From Kineococcus radiotolerans SRS30216 = ATCC BAA-149 (GTDB lineage: Bacteria; Actinomycetota; Actinomycetes; Actinomycetales; Kineococcaceae): DNA of 32,000 nt. Positions 7,765 to 16,866 of the stretch are shown one piece after another. How positions within the stretch are numbered: position 1 is the stretch's first letter; each line of letters begins with the position of its first letter. The DNA lies in contig NC_009664.2 in the NCBI RefSeq assembly GCF_000017305.1, positions 2,700,001-2,732,000 of the forward strand, written 5' to 3'. Below the pieces are notes generated by a model. It did not search any database. It was not told the origin of the DNA and saw nothing but the letters and a program-made list of their open reading frames with translations. The position numbers and the translations under genes are program-made.

Positions 7765-8955
7765 GTGACGTTCTCCCTCGGCATCGTCGGCGCCGGCCAG
7801 TTCGCCGGCTCCTTCTCCAAGCTCTTCCAGCTCCACCCCGACGTCGGTGACATCCACGTGACGGACCTGCGGCCCGAGCGCGCCCGGGCGCTCGTGGACG
7901 CCCAGGGCCTCGCGGGCACCTTCCCCGACGTCGAGCGGATGCTCGACTCCCCGCTGGACGCGGTGGCGGTCTTCACCCAGCGCTGGACCCACGGCCCGCT
8001 CGTCGCGGCCGCCCTCGACGCGGGCAAGCACGTGTACTCCGCGGTGCCGATGGCCATCACGGTCGAGGAGGTCGCCGCCATCGTGGACCGGGTCCGGCGC
8101 ACGGGGCTCACTTACGTGATGGGGGAGACGAGCCACTACAACCCGGCCGTGGTCTACGTCCGCCAGCGCCTCGCCGAGCTCGGCCAGGTCTTCTACGCCG
8201 AGGGCGACTACGTCCACGACATGGACCTCGGGTTCTACGACGCCTACCGCTTCTCCGGCGGCGAGGGGTGGAAGTCCACCGCCAGCTACCCGCCCATGCT
8301 CTACCCCACCCACGCCGTGGGCGGGGTGCTGGGCGCGCTGCCCACCCACGCGACGAGCGTGTCGTGCATCGGGACCCCGGACCGCCGCGGCGACGGGGTC
8401 TTCGACCGCGAGGTCAGCCGGTTCGACAACGACGTCTCCAACGCCACGGCCCTCTTCGAGCTCGCCGGCGGCGGGTCGATGCGGACCAACGAGTTCCGCC
8501 GCGTCGGCTACCCCAGCCACCTCAAGGAGTCCCGGTTCCGGTTCTTCGGCACCGAGGCGAGCTTCGAGCAGACCGTGAGCCAGAGCGTCTGGATGGACAA
8601 GCAGGGCTTCACCGACGTCACCGACCTGCTGGAGGCCCGGCCCAGCCTGGCCGAGGACGACCCGTCGCTGGCCGGGGTCTCCCCCGCGCTGCGGGCGGCG
8701 TTCGTGTCGGGGACCGCGCCGGTGCACGACCGCTCGCGCCTCCCGGACAGCTTCACGGGCGCCCCGAACGGGCACGAGGGCGCGCACCACTTCCTCGTCG
8801 ACGACTTCGTCCGGGCCGTGACGACCCGGACGCCGGCGCCGGTCGACGCCTGGACCGCGGCGCGCTACACGCTGCCCGGGATCGTGGCCCACGAGTCGAT
8901 GCGCCGCGGCGGGGAGCGCCTCCCGATCCCCGACCACGGCGACGGGCCGGCCTGA
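7765..8955 (+). CDS. Gfo/Idh/MocA family oxidoreductase
   Basis: The N-terminal Rossmann motif is LGIVGAGQFAG. The blocks D.V.V.T....H and GKHVY..VPMA are typical of the family. Confidence 0.85.
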   Translation: MTFSLGIVGAGQFAGSFSKLFQLHPDVGDIHVTDLRPERARALVDAQGLAGTFPDVERMLDSPLDAVAVFTQRWTHGPLVAAALDAGKHVYSAVPMAITVEEVAAIVDRVRRTGLTYVMGETSHYNPAVVYVRQRLAELGQVFYAEGDYVHDMDLGFYDAYRFSGGEGWKSTASYPPMLYPTHAVGGVLGALPTHATSVSCIGTPDRRGDGVFDREVSRFDNDVSNATALFELAGGGSMRTNEFRRVGYPSHLKESRFRFFGTEASFEQTVSQSVWMDKQGFTDVTDLLEARPSLAEDDPSLAGVSPALRAAFVSGTAPVHDRSRLPDSFTGAPNGHEGAHHFLVDDFVRAVTTRTPAPVDAWTAARYTLPGIVAHESMRRGGERLPIPDHGDGPA

Positions 8956-8969
8956 ACCGGCCGCCCCCG

Positions 8970-9014
8970 GACGACGAACGGCGCCCCACCGCAGGTGGGG
9001 CGCCGTTCGTCGTC
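8970..9014. terminator. Bidirectional stem-loop between convergent genes (21-bp perfect stem, 3-nt loop)
   Basis: GACGACGAACGGCGCCCCACC-gca-GGTGGGGCGCCGTTCGTCGTC, read directly. It lies between the oxidoreductase stop (8955) and the rpf stop (9023). Confidence 0.65.
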
Positions 9015-9022
9015 GCGCGGGA

Positions 9023-9890
<868 letters not shown>

Positions 9891-10058
9891 CGCGGCCGTG
9901 TCCCCGAAAGGGCTCGGGGACGGACCGACGGTAACAAGCCGGAGGCCTCCCGTACACCGTCCCGTGGCCGCTCCGTGACGCCGGGACGGGTCCGGCCCCG
10001 CTGCCCGGGCGGGGAACGCGCCCCGGTGTGACACGGATCACCCCCTGGAGGGGCCGGG

Positions 10059-10913
10059 TCAGCTGTTGGCGAGCAGCTTCGCGACGGCTTCCTCGATGCG
10101 CGGGGTGAAGTCCCCGGCCCGCTCGCCCTCGCGGCCGTGCAAGGGCTCCCCGAAGGTCACGTGGACCGGCGGGCGCCCCTTGGCGGGCCAGTTCCTCCGC
10201 GGCGGCATCGCGTCGTAGGTCCCGCGCAGCGCGATCGGCACCACCGGCACCCCCGCCTCCAGGGCGAGGTAGGCCGCGCCCTTCTTGAAGGGGCGCATCT
10301 CGCCCGTGTAGCTGCGCCCGCCCTCGGGGAACATCACCAGGCTCCAGCCGTCGGCGAGCAGGCGCGAGGAGGCGTGCGGGCCGCGCCCGCCGCGGCGCTC
10401 CAGCGGGAAGGTGCCGATGACCAGGCCGGAGGGCGCCGCGCGCCACCACACGTCGAAGAAGTAGTCCGCCGCCGCCGACACCGCCACCCGCCGCCGCCGG
10501 CGCGGGCCCAGGGCCTCCAGCAGGACCGGCGCGTCCAGGTGCGAGGAGTGGTTGGAGACCAGGATGGCCGGGCCGCCGATCCGGTCGAGCACCTCGACGT
10601 TGTCGACGGTGATCGTGAGCTCGGCCCGCAGGACCGGGGTGAGCAGCACCCGCTGCAGCAGCCCGCGCACCGCCGTCGCCGGGGCCGAGCGCACCCAGTC
10701 GTTGCGGTGCACCGACCGGGCGTTCCCGTCGCCCGGTGCGGGAGCGGATCCGGAGCGCTTGCGCAGCAACGGGAGCGCTCGCACGATCCGGGTGGGTCGG
10801 GGGATCCCCATCAGCTTCGCCATCCTTCGGTCCTCGACACCGGCGGTCCGCCTCGACTGCTCGACGGTGTGGAGCGCACGGTCCGCATCCTGCCACGTCT
10901 CCTGCTGCGCCAC
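10059..10913 (-). CDS. Lysophospholipid / 1-acyl-sn-glycerol-3-phosphate acyltransferase family protein (PlsC-like). The start is uncertain.
   Basis: Acyltransferase motif I is NHSSHLD, motif III is FPEGGRS and motif IV is PVVPIAL. The first 60 or so aa have no family signature, so the true start may be internal, for example the ATG at 10823. Confidence 0.8.
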   Translation of the reverse strand: MAQQETWQDADRALHTVEQSRRTAGVEDRRMAKLMGIPRPTRIVRALPLLRKRSGSAPAPGDGNARSVHRNDWVRSAPATAVRGLLQRVLLTPVLRAELTITVDNVEVLDRIGGPAILVSNHSSHLDAPVLLEALGPRRRRRVAVSAAADYFFDVWWRAAPSGLVIGTFPLERRGGRGPHASSRLLADGWSLVMFPEGGRSYTGEMRPFKKGAAYLALEAGVPVVPIALRGTYDAMPPRRNWPAKGRPPVHVTFGEPLHGREGERAGDFTPRIEEAVAKLLANS

Positions 10914-10941
10914 CCCCGCCCCGAGGGGCGGGGGGCGCGGC

Positions 10942-13236
10942 TCAGTCGGTGCCCGCGAGCACCAGCTGCGGGACCCGCAGCCGGCGCGCCGGCGAGGACG
11001 CCGCCCAGTCCGCCACCGGCCAGCGCGAGGCGCGCGCGAGCCGGAACAGCGGGACGTCGGGGGAGACGGCCGTCGGGTTGCCGACGGTCTTCAGCAGCGG
11101 CACGTCGACGTGGGAGTCGGCGTAGGCGTAGCTGGCGGCCAGGTCCGCGCCCTCCACCTCGGCGTAGCGGCGCAGCCAGGCCGCGCGGGCCTCCCCGACC
11201 AGCGGCGGGGAGGTGAGGAAGCCGTTGGCCCGGCGGTGCCCGCCGAGGTCGCGCTCCTCGTCGAGCTCGGTGCACACGACCTCGTCGAAGAGCCCCTCCA
11301 GCGGCCGGGTCACCTGGCGCACGTCACCGGTCATGAGGATCGTGCGGTGCCCGGCGTCGCGGTGGGCCTGGATGCGGCGCAGCGCGTCGGAGGACACCTG
11401 CTCCAGGAACCGGGGGGCGTGCACGTCGTCGACGTAGGCCTCCAGGCGGTCCAGGTCGACCCCGGCGTAGCCGCGGAACAGCGAGCGCAGGAAGCTGCCG
11501 CGGTCGCGGCGCTCGGCGGCGATCCAGCCGGGCAGGTGCCGCACGATCCGGCCGAACTCCGCCACCCGGGCCGGGGCGTCGAGGGCGGACAGCCGCAGCG
11601 CCAGGTAGGAGTCGACGACGGTGCCCGGCAGCAGCGTCCCGGCCAGGTCGAAGACGGCCAGCACCGGCGCCGCCCCCTCGGCCACGGGCTTCAGCTCGCG
11701 CGGGCCGCTGGCCTCGGTCAGCGTGCGGCGGCGGCGGATCTCCTCGTACTTGCGCATCTGGGTCGTGACGCTGGGGCAGTGGCTCTCCAGCCAGTAGTGC
11801 CGCCAGTCCACGACGGAGGTGTCGAAGCCGAACAGCTCGACGTCGGCCGGGTCCAGGGCCCGGTGCAGGGCCAGGGTGTTGTCGTCGACGAACCGCAGCT
11901 CGGCCTCGGTGTAGGCCTTGTACAGGTCCATGTAGCGGCGGCCGAAGTCGATCTGGCGGCGCGCCTGGTCGAGCTTGCGGGAGGCCTCGCGGACCCGCTC
12001 CGAGCGGGGGGCGAGGGCCAGCAGGCGGTCCCCGGCGCTGGTCAGCAGCTCCCCGGCGCGGACCTTGCGCTCCACGGCGCGCCCGCCGGGGAAGTCCCAC
12101 GTCGGCATGACCGCGGGGGAGGAGTCGAAGGGGTGCTCCGTGAAGTACTCGCGGATGAACTCGTAGACGTCGCGGAAGGTCAGCGGGTTCCGGCTGCCCG
12201 AGGACACGTGGTAGTACGCCGGCTGCGACAGCGGCGGCGGGGTCGCCGACGCCTTGAGGATCGCGTTGACGACGTGGTCGATGGGGACGACGTCGATCAC
12301 GGAGTCCGGGGCGGCGGGGAACTCGGTGAGCTCCCCGCGGCCGTAGGCCAGGATGATCGGCTCGGCCATCTTGAAGCCCTCGATCCACCCGGGGTGGGGG
12401 TGCTGCACGGCCGACTCGACGATGCTCGGGCGCAGGATCGTCGTCGGGACCACCGGCGCGGCGATCTCCTCGACGAGGCGCTCGCCCATCGCCTTGGTGA
12501 AGGTGTAGCAGTCGGTCCAGCCCAGCGTGCGGGCCCGCTCCTTGCCCGCGGCGACCTGGCGCTCGGCGACCCACTTCACCCGGCGCTCCTCCGCCCCGGC
12601 GGCCACGCTCAGCGGCCCCGCGCGCCCGTGGTCGCGCTCGGCGGCGCTGAGGAACGCCTTGAGCTGCGCCTCGAGGCGGGAGTCCTCCTCGATGCGGGCG
12701 GCCAGGCGCAGGCCGGCGTCGGTCTCGGTGCGCCAGTCGACCTGGTGGTCCACGGCGCGCTCGGGCACGGCCCCGCGGCGGCGGCCGCCGACGTAGGCCG
12801 TGGAGACGTGCACGTAGTGGACGGCGCCGTGGCCGCGCTCGCTGGCCTCCAGGGTCCGCTCGACCAGCGAGCGGGTGCCCAGCACGTTCGTCGTGAAGGC
12901 GTCCTGGATGAGCGGGTCGAACGACACGTCGCCCGCGCAGTGCACGACGACGTCGATGTCGGAGGGCAGCTCCGGCACGTCGGCGAGGTCGCCCTCCAGG
13001 GCCTGCACGCGCGTCGCGACCAGGTCGTCCACGTCCCCGGCGGCGCGGAAGATCGGCTTGCGCAGCACCGCGCGCAGCCGGTCCTCGCCGCTCTGCCCGG
13101 GCTTGGGGCGCACCAGGGCGAGCGCCGTCGCACCGGGCAGGTCGACGAGCAGGCGCTGCAGCAGCGCCTCACCGATGAAGCCGGTGACCCCGGTCAGGAG
13201 GAAACGCTTGCTGTCGAGCTGCTCAGCCAATCGCAC
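10942..13236 (-). CDS. Fusion protein: an N-terminal fatty acyl-CoA/ACP reductase (NAD_binding_4, 'male sterility' type SDR) and a C-terminal HAD-IB-like hydrolase domain
   Basis: The reductase part has LLTGVTGFIGEALL (TGxTGFxG), HVSTAYV and the catalytic YTFTKAMGE (YxxxK). The C-terminal HAD part has motif I VFDLAGTL, motif II ILMTGD and motif IV AYADSHVDVPLL. The protein is 764 aa with a uniform GC3 bias. Confidence 0.8.
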   Translation of the reverse strand: MRLAEQLDSKRFLLTGVTGFIGEALLQRLLVDLPGATALALVRPKPGQSGEDRLRAVLRKPIFRAAGDVDDLVATRVQALEGDLADVPELPSDIDVVVHCAGDVSFDPLIQDAFTTNVLGTRSLVERTLEASERGHGAVHYVHVSTAYVGGRRRGAVPERAVDHQVDWRTETDAGLRLAARIEEDSRLEAQLKAFLSAAERDHGRAGPLSVAAGAEERRVKWVAERQVAAGKERARTLGWTDCYTFTKAMGERLVEEIAAPVVPTTILRPSIVESAVQHPHPGWIEGFKMAEPIILAYGRGELTEFPAAPDSVIDVVPIDHVVNAILKASATPPPLSQPAYYHVSSGSRNPLTFRDVYEFIREYFTEHPFDSSPAVMPTWDFPGGRAVERKVRAGELLTSAGDRLLALAPRSERVREASRKLDQARRQIDFGRRYMDLYKAYTEAELRFVDDNTLALHRALDPADVELFGFDTSVVDWRHYWLESHCPSVTTQMRKYEEIRRRRTLTEASGPRELKPVAEGAAPVLAVFDLAGTLLPGTVVDSYLALRLSALDAPARVAEFGRIVRHLPGWIAAERRDRGSFLRSLFRGYAGVDLDRLEAYVDDVHAPRFLEQVSSDALRRIQAHRDAGHRTILMTGDVRQVTRPLEGLFDEVVCTELDEERDLGGHRRANGFLTSPPLVGEARAAWLRRYAEVEGADLAASYAYADSHVDVPLLKTVGNPTAVSPDVPLFRLARASRWPVADWAASSPARRLRVPQLVLAGTD

Positions 13237-13397
13237 CGGGGAATCCTGTCACGTCCGCGCGGCTGCCCCGTGCGCCCAGCACCCCCGGCGACGGTGCCCC
13301 GGCACCGGTGGGTCGTCGCGGGACGGCCGGGCGGGCGGGGGCTACGGTGGGTCGCGGGCGCGGCGCAGCGCCCGCAGCGACCCGCGAGGAGGCGGCC

Positions 13398-15575
13398 GTG
13401 AGCCGGGTGCAGACCGACCCCACCGATCCCACCGACACCGTCCGGCGGCGGCCCTCGCCGCGGTCGGTGGCCGTCTGGAGCGCGGTGGCCCTCGTCGGGG
13501 CGGTCGCCTGGACCGTCCTCGCCCTGGCCCGGGGGGAGTCGGTCAACGCGCTGTGGATCCTCTTCGCCGCGCTCGCCTCCTACGCCATCGGCTACCGCTT
13601 CTACTCCCGGTTCATCACCTACCGCGTGCTGCGCGCCGACGACCGGCGCGCGACCCCCGCGGAGCGGTACGAGAACGGCGTCGACTTCGAGGTCACCGAC
13701 CGGCGGGTGCTCTTCGGGCACCACTTCGCCGCGATCGCCGGGGCGGGCCCGCTGGTCGGGCCGGTGCTGGCCGCGCAGATGGGGTACCTGCCGGGGACGA
13801 TCTGGATCGTCGTCGGGGTCCTGTTCGCCGGGGCGGTGCAGGACCTCACGGTGCTGTTCTTCTCGATGCGCCGCGGCGGCAAGAGCCTGGGGCAGATGGT
13901 GCGCGAGGAGATCGGGGTCGTCGGCGGCGTCGCCGCGCTCGTCGCCGTGTTCGCCATCATGATCATCATCCTGGCGGTGCTGGCCCTCATCGTCGTCAAC
14001 TCCCTCGCCGAGTCCCCCTGGGGCGTGTTCTCCATCGCCCTGACGATCCCCATCGCCCTGTTCATGGGCGTCTACCTGCGCTTCCTGCGCCCGGGCCGGG
14101 TGCTGGAGGCCACCGCGATCGGCGTCGTCCTGCTGCTGGCGGCGATCGTCGGGGGCGGCTACGTCGAGGCGTGGGGCCTCGGCGACGCCCTGACCCTCAC
14201 CCCCGAGACCCTGGTCGTCGCCCTCGTCGGCTACGGCTTCGTCGCCTCGGTGCTGCCGGTCTGGCTGCTGCTGACCCCCCGCGACTACCTGTCCACGTTC
14301 ATGAAGATCGGCGTCATCGTCCTGCTCGCGGTGAGCCTGCTGGTGGCCCGGCCGGTGCTCGCCAACGACGCGGTGACCTCCTTCGCCCGGGAGGGGAACG
14401 GCCCCGTGTTCGCGGGGTCGCTGTTCCCGTTCGTCTTCATCACCATCGCCTGCGGGGCGCTGTCCGGCTTCCACGCCCTCATCTCCTCGGGGACCACCCC
14501 GAAGATGGTCGCCAAGGAGCGCCAGGTCCGCCTCATCGGCTACGGCGGGATGCTCGTGGAGAGCTTCGTCGCCATCAGCGCGCTCATCGCGGCCTCGGTC
14601 ATCGACCAGGGCATCTACTACGCGGTGAACTCCCCGGCCGGGGCCACCGGTGGCACCCCCGCCACCGCCGCGCAGTTCGTCACCGGCCTGGGCTTCACGA
14701 CCTCCCCGGAGGCGATCGAGGCCGCGGCCCGGGCGGTGGGGGAGGAGAGCGTCGTCTCCCGCACCGGGGGCGCGCCCGCGCTGGCGCTGGGGATCTCCCA
14801 GGTGTTCCACCAGGCGTTCGGCGGGGGGTTGCAGGCGTTCTGGTACCACTTCGCGATCATGTTCGAGGCGCTGTTCATCCTCACCGCCGTGGACGCGGGC
14901 ACCCGGGTCGGGCGGTTCATGCTGCAGGACACCCTCGGCAACGTCTGGAAGAAGATGGGCGACCTGTCCTGGCGGCCCGGCAACGTCATCGCCAGCGCCG
15001 TCGTCGTCGGCGCCTGGGGCTACTTCCTCCATACCGGCGTCACCGACCCCCTGGGCGGGATCAACCAGCTGTTCCCGCTGTTCGGCATCGCCAACCAGCT
15101 CCTCGCGGCGATCGCGCTGACCCTCGTCACCACGCTGCTGGTCAAGCACGGCCGCGCCCGCTACGCCTGGGTCACCGGGGTGCCGCTGGTGTGGGACCTC
15201 GTCGTGACGATGACCGCCAGCGCCCAGAAGGTGTTCTCCGACGACCCGAAGATCGGCTTCTTCGCCCAGCGCGAGCGCTACGCCGACGCGCTGGCCGCCG
15301 GCGAGGTCCTGGCCCCGGCCAAGGACGCGGGGCAGATGCAGCAGGTCGTCACGAACTCCACGGTCAACGGGGTGCTGCAGGCGCTGTTCGCCCTCCTGGT
15401 CGTCGTGATCGCCGTCAACGCGGCCGTCGTGGTGGTCCGCGCCCTGCGCGCGGGCGGGCTGGCGACGACGGAGGAACCGGCCGTGCCCTCCCGCCTGGTC
15501 GAACCCTCCGGGCTGGTCGTCACGGCCGAGGAGCGCCACCGCCTCGCCGCGCTGCGCGAGGAGCTGACCCCGTGA
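13398..15575 (+). CDS. cstA: Carbon starvation protein A (peptide/pyruvate transporter family)
   Basis: CstA blocks are present: YRFYSRFI, FGHHFAAIAGAGPLVGPVLAAQMGYLPG.IWI, ACGA(L)SGFH.L..SGTTPK and FPLFGIANQLLA. The start was trimmed to the GTG at 13398, which is preceded by GAGGAGG. The upstream 30 codons of the track ORF look non-coding. Confidence 0.9.
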   Translation: MSRVQTDPTDPTDTVRRRPSPRSVAVWSAVALVGAVAWTVLALARGESVNALWILFAALASYAIGYRFYSRFITYRVLRADDRRATPAERYENGVDFEVTDRRVLFGHHFAAIAGAGPLVGPVLAAQMGYLPGTIWIVVGVLFAGAVQDLTVLFFSMRRGGKSLGQMVREEIGVVGGVAALVAVFAIMIIILAVLALIVVNSLAESPWGVFSIALTIPIALFMGVYLRFLRPGRVLEATAIGVVLLLAAIVGGGYVEAWGLGDALTLTPETLVVALVGYGFVASVLPVWLLLTPRDYLSTFMKIGVIVLLAVSLLVARPVLANDAVTSFAREGNGPVFAGSLFPFVFITIACGALSGFHALISSGTTPKMVAKERQVRLIGYGGMLVESFVAISALIAASVIDQGIYYAVNSPAGATGGTPATAAQFVTGLGFTTSPEAIEAAARAVGEESVVSRTGGAPALALGISQVFHQAFGGGLQAFWYHFAIMFEALFILTAVDAGTRVGRFMLQDTLGNVWKKMGDLSWRPGNVIASAVVVGAWGYFLHTGVTDPLGGINQLFPLFGIANQLLAAIALTLVTTLLVKHGRARYAWVTGVPLVWDLVVTMTASAQKVFSDDPKIGFFAQRERYADALAAGEVLAPAKDAGQMQQVVTNSTVNGVLQALFALLVVVIAVNAAVVVVRALRAGGLATTEEPAVPSRLVEPSGLVVTAEERHRLAALREELTP

Positions 15576-15748
15576 GGCGCCTGGTCTCCGCGCTCGGCTG
15601 GTGGCGGCGGCAGGTCGACGGCACCGACCGCTGGGAGGCCTACCTGCGGGCCTGCGCGGCGCACGGGCACCCGCCGGTGAGCCGCGGCGCGTTCGAGCGC
15701 GCCCGCGCCGACGCCCGCGCCGCCCGCCCCGGGGCGCGGTGCTGCTGA
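15572..15748 (+). CDS. ybdD: YbdD/YjiX-family small protein (CstA-associated)
   Basis: The 58-aa frame starts at a GTG that forms a GTGA overlap with the cstA stop. The sequence ...[42 protein letters not shown] has the family's helical core and C-terminal Cys-Cys. It is hidden in the tail of a 957-aa shadow ORF in the track. Confidence 0.8.
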   Translation: MRRLVSALGWWRRQVDGTDRWEAYLRACAAHGHPPVSRGAFERARADARAARPGARCC

Positions 15749-15759
15749 ACCCCGCCCCC

Positions 15760-15780
15760 CGCCCCCTCGTGGTGGGGGCG
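15760..15780 (+). terminator. Possible stem-loop terminator after ybdD (CGCCCCC-tcgtggt-GGGGGCG)
   Basis: A 7-bp perfect GC stem is read directly. There is no T-tract. Confidence 0.3.
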
Positions 15781-15813
15781 ACGGCCGACGACCTGAGACG
15801 GAGCTGAGACGCG

Positions 15814-16122
15814 GTGCTCGACAGCTGGCGCGCACGCCGACACGATCGACCCGTGAACCGCTACCGGGTGACCGCCATCGCCCACCGTCGCTGCGCCGGC
15901 TTCACCGCGGGGGAGGCCGGGTCGGGCATCGTCCACGTCGAGACCGTCCGCGCCGAGGACGCCGGGTTCGCCCGCGACCTCGTCCTGGTGCGGCTGCACG
16001 CGGAGTCCGCGCTGGTCAGCCCCGCCCCCGTCGGGGTGGACGCCGTCCTCGTGGAACGGGTGCGCTGGGGGCGCGCGCCGGTGCGCGAGCTGGACCGCCG
16101 CCGCGTCGTCGCGCTGCGCTGA
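15814..16122 (+). CDS. Hypothetical small protein with no recognisable family
   Basis: The ORF is 102 aa (or about 89 aa from the GTG at 15853). The very strong G/C preference at third codon positions supports real coding. I recognise no motif. Confidence 0.55.
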   Translation: MLDSWRARRHDRPVNRYRVTAIAHRRCAGFTAGEAGSGIVHVETVRAEDAGFARDLVLVRLHAESALVSPAPVGVDAVLVERVRWGRAPVRELDRRRVVALR

Positions 16123-16136
16123 GGCCGGGGCGCCCC

Positions 16137-16493
16137 GTGGTCGAGCTCGGTCCGGAGGAGTTCGAGGAAGCCGTCGCCGACGCCCTCGACTCCGTCCCCG
16201 CGGACCTGGCCCGGGCCATGGACAACGTGGTCGTGCTCGTCGAGGACGACCCGCCCGAGGGGTTCCCGCCGGACCTGCTGGGGTTGTACGAGGGCACCCC
16301 GCTCACCGAGCGCGGGACGTGGTGGGCCGCCGGGGCGCTGCCGGACCGGATCACGGTCTTCCGCCGCCCCACCCTCGCCGTCTGCGCCGACCGCGCCGAG
16401 GTCGTCGAGGAGGTGCGGATCACCGTCGTGCACGAGATCGCCCACCACTTCGGCATCGACGACGCCCGCCTGCACGACCTCGGGTGGGCGTGA
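16137..16493 (+). CDS. Minimal zincin-like metallopeptidase family protein (DUF1025/COG3824 type)
   Basis: The protein is 118 aa with a C-terminal HExxH motif in VVHEIAHHFGIDD. The preceding blocks L.GLY.G.PL..R and P..I.(V/I)FR.P are typical of this family. Confidence 0.8.
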   Translation: MVELGPEEFEEAVADALDSVPADLARAMDNVVVLVEDDPPEGFPPDLLGLYEGTPLTERGTWWAAGALPDRITVFRRPTLAVCADRAEVVEEVRITVVHEIAHHFGIDDARLHDLGWA

Positions 16494-16521
16494 GGCCCGG
16501 AACGAGGCACGGAATCAGGAC

Positions 16522-16863
16522 GTGCCCGGCGGGGTTGGAACCGCCGTGAACATCGACCTGCTGAGTTTCGAACTGGCCCGCGAGGCGTTCGAGGACCGCC
16601 GCTTCACCGAGGGCGTGCGGCTGCTGGAACCCCTGGTCGAGAGCCACCCCGACGACCGCTCCCTGCGCGAGCTGCTGGCCCGCAGCTACTTCGGCGCGGC
16701 GATGCTGAGCAAGGCGGAGGACCAGGCGCGGGACCTGGTGCGGCGCACGCCGTCCGACGCGTACGCCCACCTGCTGCTCTCGCGCACCCTGGAGCGGCAG
16801 AGCCGCCACGACGAGGCCCGCGGCCACCGGGTGATGGCCCACGTCCTCGGCGCGGAGGTCTGA
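16522..16863 (+). CDS. TPR-like helical repeat protein. The start is uncertain (GTG at 16522 or 16546).
   Basis: This 113-aa helical protein shows a TPR-like periodicity (A.EAFEDRRF.EGVRLLEPLVE..PDD...RELLARSYF..A....AE...R.LV...P.DAYAHLLL.R.L). GC3 bias is high. Confidence 0.6.
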   Translation: MPGGVGTAVNIDLLSFELAREAFEDRRFTEGVRLLEPLVESHPDDRSLRELLARSYFGAAMLSKAEDQARDLVRRTPSDAYAHLLLSRTLERQSRHDEARGHRVMAHVLGAEV

Positions 16864-16866
16864 CCC

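Noticed and set aside
5229-8111. Very long antisense or out-of-frame ORFs: 5229-8111 (-), 10552-13401 (+), 12875-15748 (+), 27545-30544 (+), 3688-5592 (-), 22497-24362 (-) and others.
   Set aside because: Their translations are Arg/Gly/Pro/Asp-rich with no motifs. Each overlaps genes with clear family signatures and the expected third-position G/C bias on the other strand or in another frame. Stop codons are simply rare in this GC-rich DNA.
9891-10058. The remaining 170 or so nt of the rpf leader upstream of the riboswitch, examined for a second RNA element, a small ORF or a clear promoter.
   Set aside because: I see several short hairpins (for example TCCCCG..CGGGGA at about 9901-9920) but no recognisable motif and no convincing -35/-10 pair. 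It is left unassigned rather than over-called.
13308-13397. The upstream start (13308) for cstA given by the ORF track.
   Set aside because: The first 30 codons (GRRGTAGRAGATVGRGRGAAPAATREEAA) look non-coding. The GTG at 13398 has a GAGGAGG SD and begins a plausible CstA N-terminus.
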